NCBI GenBank assembly: GCA_900552685.1
Contig: USAJ01000001.1
Span: 10,195 to 74,194, forward strand
Direction: 5' to 3'
From: an uncultured Collinsella sp.
GTDB lineage: Bacteria; Actinomycetota; Coriobacteriia; Coriobacteriales; Coriobacteriaceae
Length of the DNA: 64,000 nt
Part shown: positions 56,700 through 64,000 of the stretch, one piece after another
Numbering within the stretch: position 1 is the stretch's first letter
How the letters are laid out: each line of letters begins with the position of its first letter
Notes under the pieces: model-generated
What the model was told of the DNA's origin: nothing
Seen by the model: the letters and a program-made list of their open reading frames with translations, nothing else
The model's database searches: none
Made by a program: the position numbers and the translations under genes

Positions 56700-57608
56700 A
56701 TGCTCAATGCGATGGCGTGGGCGCTTGCATGTTTTGGCGTTGTCGCTGCCGATATAGCCCTGAGCGTGGTTCTGTTTTCGGTTCTCGATGCCGTATCGGT
56801 GCTGACGGGCTATCCGATCGACAATCTCGATATCCAATGGTTCCAGGCTGCCGCTCAGACGGCGTCGTTTTTGATGGCGCTGCTGTGGTGGCGTTATCTG
56901 TGGCCCCGCTCCTTCATGGCGCGCCGGCAAGGTGAACGTCCGCTCGGCGGGGGAGCAAGTGCTGTATGGAAACGCATCGCCTGCGTTATCGTGATTGGCC
57001 TGGCCCTGCAGGTGGTCGTTGGCTACGTGACCGACGCCGTGCTGTCGCTGTTGCCCGAGGCGGCGGCTGACTACAGCGAGCTTGTCGAGGAAACAGGCAT
57101 GGGCGACACCAGCTATCTCGACGTCCTGACTACGGTGCTCGGTGCCCCATTTTGTGAAGAGCTGCTGGTGCGCGGCATTATTTTTGAGTTTTCGCTCCGA
57201 GCGTTTAATCCGCAGTGCCGCCCACTTTGGAAGCGTCGGCGTCGTGCGAGCGCGCAGGACGGTGCCATGGTGCCCTGGGCGGCCCCAAGCACGTGGGGTA
57301 TCGCCGCGGCGATTGTGCTGCAGGCGGCGGTCTTCGGCTTTATGCACATGAATTGGGTGCAGGGCTGCTACGCCGGCGCCGCCGGCCTCATCTTTGGTTG
57401 GGTGCTCGTGACGACCGGAAAGCTCCGCTACACGATCCTGCTGCACTTTGCCTTTAATGCCGGGTCGTACCTCATGGGCCTGCTGTGGTTTGTGAACACG
57501 CCGCTCGACGTAGTGATCACGGTTGCCATCGCCGGCTTTGTGCTGGTAGAGGCGATGCGGTCGCTCAAACTGACGTGCCAGACGGATCGTCCCTACCAGC
57601 AAGCGTGA
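56700..57608 (+). CDS. CPBP (Abi/CAAX) family intramembrane metalloprotease
   Basis: APFCEELLVRG, FGFMH, ILLHFAFN. Confidence 0.85.
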   Translation: MLNAMAWALACFGVVAADIALSVVLFSVLDAVSVLTGYPIDNLDIQWFQAAAQTASFLMALLWWRYLWPRSFMARRQGERPLGGGASAVWKRIACVIVIGLALQVVVGYVTDAVLSLLPEAAADYSELVEETGMGDTSYLDVLTTVLGAPFCEELLVRGIIFEFSLRAFNPQCRPLWKRRRRASAQDGAMVPWAAPSTWGIAAAIVLQAAVFGFMHMNWVQGCYAGAAGLIFGWVLVTTGKLRYTILLHFAFNAGSYLMGLLWFVNTPLDVVITVAIAGFVLVEAMRSLKLTCQTDRPYQQA

Positions 57609-57711
57609 TTCCCCTAAGGAAAACACGGCTAGGCGTGTCTGAGCGTGTTCCCCCTAGGGAAATCACGACTGGAGACAGCCCAAGCGTGTTTCCCCTAGGG
57701 AAAACACGCTT
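57604..57711. repeat. Family F tandem palindromes, three units, 40-41 bp period
   Basis: CGTG(A/T)TT(T/C)CCCTA(G/A)GGAAA(A/T)CACG at 57604, 57644, 57685. Confidence 0.8.
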
Positions 57712-57764
57712 GGCCGATGAGGAGACGCCGACTGGCCAAGAGACACCGGCCGGCCCTCGCCACG

Positions 57765-59906
57765 CTAGTTGCGGCGTCCGCCGCCGTTGGCGCCCTGACG
57801 TCCCTGGGCCGCGCGGTTGCGTCCGGCAGTGTTCTGCGCGCGCGACATGCCACCGTGGCCCTTGCTGCCTTTGGGTCCCTTGCCGGCGGCGCCACCGTGG
57901 GCCTTGCCGCCCTTCTTGCCGGTGCCATGGCCACCGCCAGCAGACGTCTCGCCCGGACGCGGGGGCACGGGACGAATCAGGCAATGCTTGGTGTAGCCGA
58001 TCAAATCGCGGCGGCCGGCCTTTTCCAGCGCCTCGCGCACCAGCTTGTAGTTCTCGGGCTTGCGATACTGGATGAGCGCGCGCTGCATGGCCTTCTCGTG
58101 CGGGTCGCGCGCCACATAGATCGGCTCCATGGTGCGCGGATCCACGCCGGTGTAGTACATACACGTCGACATGGTGGACGGGGTGGGGTAGAAGTCTTGC
58201 ACCTGCTCGGGCATATAGCCCATGTCGCGCACGGCCTCGGCAAGGTCCACTGCTTCCTTCATCGTTGAGCCGGGATGGCTCGAGATTAGGTACGGCACTA
58301 CGTACTGCTTGAGTCCGTATTCGCGGTTCAGGCGTTCAAATTTACGGCAGAACGCGTCGTAGACGGCGCGGCTCGGCTTGCCCATTACGGACAGCACCGC
58401 GTCGCTCACGTGCTCGGGTGCTACGCGCAGCTGGCCCGAGACATGGTGCTCCAGCAGCTCGCGCAAAAACTCGTCCGAGGCATCGGCCATGGTGTAGTCA
58501 AAGCGGATGCCGCTGCGGACGAAGACCTTTTTGACGCCCGGCAGCTGGCGCAGGTCGCGCAGCAACTGCGTGTAGCCGCTCTCGTCGACCACCATGTTCT
58601 TGCATACGCTCGGCCACAGGCAGCGCTTGTTCTTGCACACGCCGTGCTTGAGCTGTTTGTCGCAGGCAGGGCGGCTAAAGTTTGCCGTCGGTCCTCCCAC
58701 GTCGTTGATGTAGCCCTTAAACTCGGGATCGCGCGTGAGCAGCTCGGCCTCGCGCATGATCGAATCGTGGCTGCGCATCTGCAACACGCGGCCCTGGTGG
58801 AAGGTGAGGGCGCAAAACGAGCACTCGCCAAAACAGCCGCGGTTGGAGCTAATGGAAAACTTGATCTCGGCAAAGGCCGGCACGCCGCCCGCCGCGTCGT
58901 AGTCGGGATGCCAATCGCGTGCGTAGGGGAGTTCGGCAACCTCGTCCATCTCATCGGTGGTGAGTGTCGCCGATGGCGGGTTCTGCACCACATAGACGCT
59001 GTTGGGGTAGGGCTCTACCAGGCGATGCCCGGTGATGGGGTCCATATTCTGCTGCTGCACGTTAAAACTGCGCGCGTAGTTGAGCTTGTCGGCGGCAAGG
59101 TCGTCCCAGCTGGGCAGCAGGTCGTAGTCGTAGATCTCGTCGAGCGAGCTGGTGCGGTAGACGGTACCATTGATATAGGTGATCTGATCGACGGGCAGTC
59201 CGGCGTCGAGCGCGTCGGCGATCTCGACGATCGCGTGCTCGCCCATGCCGTAGATAAGGATGTCGGCGCCCGAGTCGAGCAGTACCGAGCGCTTGAGTTT
59301 GTCCTGCCAGTAGTCGTAGTGGGCCAGGCGACGCAGGCTCGCCTCGATGCCACCGATAATGATGGGGGCGTCCTTGAACGTCTGGCGGATAAGGTTGCCG
59401 TAGACCGTGACGGCTCGGTTGGGACGGCGCCCCTCCTCGCCACCGGGGGTATAGGCGTCGGTGTGGCGGCGGTGCTTGGTCACCGAATAGTGGTTGACCA
59501 TGGAGTCCATGTTGCCGGCACTGACGAGAAAGCCCAGGCGAGGCTCGCCGAGCACCGTGATGCTGGCGGGGTCAGTCCAGTCGGGTTGGCAGATGATGCC
59601 AACTTTGTAGCCGTGTGCGTCGAGGACGCGGCTGACGATGGCCATGCCAAAGCTGGGGTGGTCCACGTAAGCGTCGCCGCAGATGTAGACAAAGTCGCAC
59701 TGGTCCCAGCCGCGCGCATCCATGTCGGCGCGGCTGACGGGGAGGAATTTATCGCGGCCCGGTCGCCAGGGGCGGGCGGGCGTCGCTTGGGAATGCTTGG
59801 TGCGGGCGACCGTGGCCTGCGCCTTACCGCCGCGCTTTTGCTGCTGGCCCTGTTTGCCCTGCTGACTGCGCTGGTTGTTCTGAGCATGCTGAGGCTTTTT
59901 TGCCAC
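57765..59906 (-). CDS. YgiQ family radical SAM protein
   Basis: GDAYVDHPSFG, RGCFGECSFC, QVQDFYPTP; GTG start follows GGGAGG. Confidence 0.9.
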   Translation of the reverse strand: MAKKPQHAQNNQRSQQGKQGQQQKRGGKAQATVARTKHSQATPARPWRPGRDKFLPVSRADMDARGWDQCDFVYICGDAYVDHPSFGMAIVSRVLDAHGYKVGIICQPDWTDPASITVLGEPRLGFLVSAGNMDSMVNHYSVTKHRRHTDAYTPGGEEGRRPNRAVTVYGNLIRQTFKDAPIIIGGIEASLRRLAHYDYWQDKLKRSVLLDSGADILIYGMGEHAIVEIADALDAGLPVDQITYINGTVYRTSSLDEIYDYDLLPSWDDLAADKLNYARSFNVQQQNMDPITGHRLVEPYPNSVYVVQNPPSATLTTDEMDEVAELPYARDWHPDYDAAGGVPAFAEIKFSISSNRGCFGECSFCALTFHQGRVLQMRSHDSIMREAELLTRDPEFKGYINDVGGPTANFSRPACDKQLKHGVCKNKRCLWPSVCKNMVVDESGYTQLLRDLRQLPGVKKVFVRSGIRFDYTMADASDEFLRELLEHHVSGQLRVAPEHVSDAVLSVMGKPSRAVYDAFCRKFERLNREYGLKQYVVPYLISSHPGSTMKEAVDLAEAVRDMGYMPEQVQDFYPTPSTMSTCMYYTGVDPRTMEPIYVARDPHEKAMQRALIQYRKPENYKLVREALEKAGRRDLIGYTKHCLIRPVPPRPGETSAGGGHGTGKKGGKAHGGAAGKGPKGSKGHGGMSRAQNTAGRNRAAQGRQGANGGGRRN

Positions 59907-60159
59907 GATCCCTCCCGGTGTTTGTATGCTGCATGTAATTGTAACCAGTCTTTTTGGGACGGCGCTAAAAAGACTGGTGGAGTACATGGGCTGGCGGATC
60001 GGCGTGTCGATGCGAGTGCCGTCTGTTTCCAGACTGTGTATCCCCGTGTCGAAGGGGCCGTCTCGCGCGCACGCCATGTTGTCAATGGGTTACAGTATGA
60101 ACGGCGGCTATGTTTCCGCCAACGCACGAGAGAGTCGTCAACAAGGAGGATGCACGACG

Positions 60160-60876
60160 ATGCAGCGTGCCAAACAGATATCGGAGTCTATTGAGCTGGG
60201 CATCATCTTGGCGCTCGCCGGTGGCTTTATGGACGTTTATTCGTACATTGGGCGCGACCATGTTTTCGCCAACGCGCAGACAGGCAACATCCTGCTCGTG
60301 GGCGTGAGCATCTCGGAGGGCAACTGGGCACTTGCGGGGCGCTACTTCTTCCCTGTGGTGTCGTTTGCCGTGGGTATTATGCTTGCCGATCTGGTACACG
60401 AGCGGTTTGGCAGCGTGATCCACTGGCGTCAGGTGACGGTGTTCTTTGAAGCCGTCATCTTGCTGGGCGTGAGCTTTATCCCCGGTGGCGGTTACAACCT
60501 GCTCGCCAACTGCCTCACCTCGTTTGCCTGCGGCATGCAGGTCGAGAGCTTCCGCAAGATCCACGGTCACGGCATCGCTACGACCATGTGCATCGGCAAC
60601 TTGCGCAACGCGCTGCAAAACGTGGACGATTACATCATCACCCACAGGCGCGGCTTTTTGGAAAACGGCCTGCTGTACTTTGGCGTGATCTTTACCTTTG
60701 TGTTTGGCGCCGTGTTGGGCAACTGGTGTATTGAGCGCATAGGCCTGCATGCCATCGTCGTGGCGAGCTTGCTGCTGTTTGTCGCGTTTGCCATCATGTT
60801 CATCGACCGCGAGCGCGACTTGCGCTTACGCTGGAAGGTTGCGGCCGAGGCTTGGAAAGAGGGCTGCCGAAAGTAA
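60160..60876 (+). CDS. YoaK/DUF1275 family membrane protein
   Basis: GGFMDVYSY, FANAQTGN, GMQ, TTMCIGN. Confidence 0.85.
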   Translation: MQRAKQISESIELGIILALAGGFMDVYSYIGRDHVFANAQTGNILLVGVSISEGNWALAGRYFFPVVSFAVGIMLADLVHERFGSVIHWRQVTVFFEAVILLGVSFIPGGGYNLLANCLTSFACGMQVESFRKIHGHGIATTMCIGNLRNALQNVDDYIITHRRGFLENGLLYFGVIFTFVFGAVLGNWCIERIGLHAIVVASLLLFVAFAIMFIDRERDLRLRWKVAAEAWKEGCRK

Positions 60877-61041
60877 CCGATTGCGGCAAAGGGGCTGTTC
60901 CTTTGCCGCAATATTTTTCATCATCTGTTGAAACGCTTTAACACTTTTGACGTTCTCACGCGTTTTTTGTTTCAAAAGCGTTAGGATGGGACTTATAGCG
61001 CGGGGCGTAATGGGTGCTCCGCACACGATGGGAGGCTATCA

Positions 61042-62208
61042 ATGGCTAATCGTTTCGTTCTCAATACCATCTCTTATCATGGTTCCGGCGCCATCAAGGA
61101 GATCCCCGGCGAGCTCCAGCGTCGCGGCTACAAGAAGATCTTCGTCTGCTCCGACCCCGATCTGGTCAAGTTTGGCGTTACCGCTAAGGTGACCGATGAG
61201 CTCGACGCCGCCGGCATCGCTTGGAGCCTCTACTCCGAGATCAAGCCCAACCCCACCATCCAGAACGTCAAGGACGGCGTCGAGGCCTTCAAGGCCGCCG
61301 AGGCTGACGCTATCGTGACCATCGGTGGCGGCTCCTCCATGGACACCGCTAAGGCCATCGGCATCATCATCAACAACCCCGAGTTTGCCGATGTCCGCAG
61401 CCTCGAGGGCGTTGCTCCGACTAAGAACCACGCCGTGTTCACCATCGCTGTGCCGACGACCGCCGGTACCGCTGCCGAGGTGACCATCAACTACGTCATC
61501 ACCGACCCCGAGAAGGTCCGCAAGTTCGTGTGCGTCGACACCAACGATGCCCCCGAGGTCGCCGTCGTCGACCCCGACATGATGGCCTCCATGCCCGCCG
61601 GTCTGACCGCCTCCACCGGCATGGACGCTCTGACCCACGCCATCGAGGGCTACACCACCAAGGGCGCTTGGGAGCTCTCCGACATGTTCCACTTTGAGGC
61701 TATCAAGCTGATCAGCGAGAACCTGCGCGACTCCGTTGCCGAGGCCAAGTCCGGTCAGCCCGGCTCCGGCCGCGAGGGCATGGCTCTTGGCCAGTATGTC
61801 GCCGGCATGGGCTTCTCCAACGTTGGCCTGGGCATCGACCACGCCATGGCTCACACCCTGTCCGCTCACTACGACACCCCGCACGGCGTCGCTTGCGCCA
61901 TGCTGCTGCCGATTGCCATGGAGTTCAACAAGCCGGTTTGCGCCGAGCGCCTGGCCAAGGTCGCCGTCGCCATGGGCGTTGACACCACGGGCATGAGCAC
62001 CGACGAGGCCGCCGATGCTGCTATCGCCGCCGTCAAGCAGCTTTCCGCCGACGTGAACATCCCGCACGTCTGCGAGGCCATGAAGGCTGACGAGATTGAG
62101 GTCCTGGCCAAGGACGCCATGGCCGACGCCTGCTTCCCGGGCAACCCGCGCGAGGCGACGCTCGACGACGTCATCGAGCTCTTCAAGAAGATCTGCCCGG
62201 CTGCTTAG
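61042..62208 (+). CDS. fucO: Lactaldehyde reductase / iron-containing alcohol dehydrogenase
   Basis: MANRFVLN, GGGSSMD, PTTAGT, GMDALTHAIEGY, HAMAH..PHG. Confidence 0.88.
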   Translation: MANRFVLNTISYHGSGAIKEIPGELQRRGYKKIFVCSDPDLVKFGVTAKVTDELDAAGIAWSLYSEIKPNPTIQNVKDGVEAFKAAEADAIVTIGGGSSMDTAKAIGIIINNPEFADVRSLEGVAPTKNHAVFTIAVPTTAGTAAEVTINYVITDPEKVRKFVCVDTNDAPEVAVVDPDMMASMPAGLTASTGMDALTHAIEGYTTKGAWELSDMFHFEAIKLISENLRDSVAEAKSGQPGSGREGMALGQYVAGMGFSNVGLGIDHAMAHTLSAHYDTPHGVACAMLLPIAMEFNKPVCAERLAKVAVAMGVDTTGMSTDEAADAAIAAVKQLSADVNIPHVCEAMKADEIEVLAKDAMADACFPGNPREATLDDVIELFKKICPAA

Positions 62209-62261
62209 CCCAGTTTGGTGGTCTTTCGCCCGTAGGTGTATGGTCTGCTGACTTGCCGCTG

Positions 62262-62293
62262 GCCCCGCCGCGCTATGCGCGGCGGGGCTTTTT
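62262..62293 (+). terminator. Terminator after fucO
   Basis: GCCCCGCCGCGC-TAT-GCGCGGCGGGGC-TTTTT. Confidence 0.75.
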
Positions 62294-62367
62294 GTGCTGT
62301 GTCGATGCGCTGAGGCGGGCAAAACCATGGCATACTGCCCGCTGTGGATAGGTGGTGTACTTCCCAG

Positions 62368-62602
62368 CGTGCATTTTTGGGAGTATTCAGCAAACTCCGA
62401 AAAATGCATAACGTTGTGAATGGGCCGTAGTGACCCGTAGGCGCCATCGACAGCCATTGCGGACGGACTATCGATGAGCAGAGGGGGCTGTCGCCGCGTT
62501 TTTGGTTTGCGACGACCTGCAACACTGCTGTAACTGCGTCGTTTTGTCGTTCGTGATGGGGCCGTTGGGGCCCACGGTGCTGAATACTCCGTTTTTTGCA
62601 CG
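62368..62602. repeat. Family E 235-bp IR-bounded element
   Basis: CGTGCATTTTTGGGAGTATTCAGCA ... TGCTGAATACTCCGTTTTTTGCACG. Confidence 0.7.
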
Positions 62603-62811
62603 GTCCGGGGTAGGGTACCTTGGGATGAAATAAATAGATGCCTCATATCTATGCAATAACCGATATGCTTTATGCAAGATTAGGATTGATGCCCAGGTGT
62701 ATGCGCAAAATCAGTGCGGGGACGTCTGGAAGCGGCTCGGCCCCCAGGGTCTTGTGCGTGCAGAACGGTTAAAATCGGGACTCGGTCTTAGTTTTACTTG
62801 GAAGGATGCAT

Positions 62812-63855
62812 ATGACTTCTAATATTGATGCTTCTCTAGAGGAGACGCTCTCCTATATCGCAGGACAGCTTAAGACGCTGACTTCTATTGCTTCGCCTAC
62901 GGGCTATACCCGTGCGGCGACTGATTATCTGATGGAGACGTTGCGCGATATGGGCTTTGGGCCCGAGCGCTCCAATAAGGGCAACGTGCTCGTTGAGCTT
63001 GGCGGCGAGGGCGAGCCGCTTGTGTTGGCGAGCCATGTCGATACCCTGGGCGCCATGGTGCGCTCCATTAAGGACAATGGCCGCCTGCGTCCCACGACGC
63101 TTGGTGGGCACCAGTGGTCTACGGCCGATGGCGAGAACTGCACCGTCTACACGCGTGACGGCAATGTGTACACGGGTGTGGTCCTCAATACCGAGCCTTC
63201 GGCGCATGTGGCCGATGAGCCGGTCAAGACCATCGAGAAGAATATGGAAATCCTGCTCGACGAGAACGTTGACAGCAAGGACGATGTGCTCGAGCTGGGT
63301 ATTCAGACCGGTGACATCATCGCTATGGACCCGCGCACCACGGTGACGGAGAGCGGATACATTAAGAGCCGCTTCCTGGACGACAAGCTGTCCGCGTCGA
63401 TTCTGCTGGGTCTGGCCCGCGCCGTTGCTGACGGCGAGGTGTCGCTTTCGCGCAAGGTGTCGCTGCTCTTTACGGTGTACGAGGAGGTCGGCCACGGCGG
63501 TGCCTTCGTGCCGGCCGACACGCGCGAGATGATCAGCGTGGACATGGGCTGCGTGGGCGACGACCTGGGCTGCACCGAGCGCATGGTTTCGATTTGCGCT
63601 AAGGATTCGGGCGGTCCGTACAACTACGACCTGGTAACCACGCTGTCCAACATCGCGCGCGAGCTGGAGCTCGATTACGCCATCGATGTGTACCCGCACT
63701 ATGGCTCCGACGTCGAGGCCACGCTCTCGGCCGGCTACGACATTCGCCATGGTCTGATCGGCCCCGGCGTGTACGCGAGCCACAACTACGAGCGCAGCCA
63801 CATCGACGGCGTGCGCAACACCTTCGAGCTCGTCCGCGCCTACGTACAGCGCTAG
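62812..63855 (+). CDS. M42 family metallo-aminopeptidase
   Basis: SPTG, SHVDTLG, SRFLDDK, YEEVGHG, VDMG, ASHNYER. Confidence 0.9.
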   Translation: MTSNIDASLEETLSYIAGQLKTLTSIASPTGYTRAATDYLMETLRDMGFGPERSNKGNVLVELGGEGEPLVLASHVDTLGAMVRSIKDNGRLRPTTLGGHQWSTADGENCTVYTRDGNVYTGVVLNTEPSAHVADEPVKTIEKNMEILLDENVDSKDDVLELGIQTGDIIAMDPRTTVTESGYIKSRFLDDKLSASILLGLARAVADGEVSLSRKVSLLFTVYEEVGHGGAFVPADTREMISVDMGCVGDDLGCTERMVSICAKDSGGPYNYDLVTTLSNIARELELDYAIDVYPHYGSDVEATLSAGYDIRHGLIGPGVYASHNYERSHIDGVRNTFELVRAYVQR

Positions 63856-63906
63856 CGATGCAGCGGCCTCGGCTGATACGGCAGTACCGACCGAGGCCGT
63901 CCTCTC

Positions 63907-63976
63907 TAAGTTGCGGTGAAATAGGGACTGTTTGGCGGTTTAAACGCTTAAACAGTCCCTATTTCACCGCAACTTA
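63907..63976. repeat. Family B palindromic element
   Basis: TAAGTTGCGGTGAAATAGGGACTGTTT ... AAACAGTCCCTATTTCACCGCAACTTA. Confidence 0.9.
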
Positions 63977-64000
63977 TGAAGGGGATGTGACTACTTGATG

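Noticed and set aside
57604..57711. Family F as a mini-CRISPR
   Set aside because: Linkers are only about 16 nt, there are just three units, and there is no leader or cas gene.

Overview
High-GC actinobacterial chromosome segment; gene content suggests Coriobacteriia, probably a Collinsella-like gut anaerobe (inference). It carries housekeeping genes (rpmE, secA, prfB, split transketolase, ftsEX, rnr, tRNA-Gln/Glu, smpB, gpmA, gltBD, DEAD-box helicase), a MurNAc recycling operon (murR-murQ-PTS-mupG), a copper operon (copA-copZ-csoR), a GltD-linked [FeFe]-hydrogenase locus, and a small ABC-exporter/secreted-peptide island at the left edge. The most striking structure is non-coding: at least seven unrelated families of palindromic or inverted-repeat elements. 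The largest has 13 copies of TGTCTCGATCTGTAAC-N27-GTTACAGATCGAGACA in 80-81 bp tandem arrays. It tightly brackets a gene for an AbiEi-like/DUF559 (Vsr-like) putative nuclease (35714-36790) and also brackets two other two-gene cassettes. This is a candidate REP/REPIN-like system with a partner enzyme that is not a RAYT. All family and domain assignments come from motif recognition by eye; no database searches were run.
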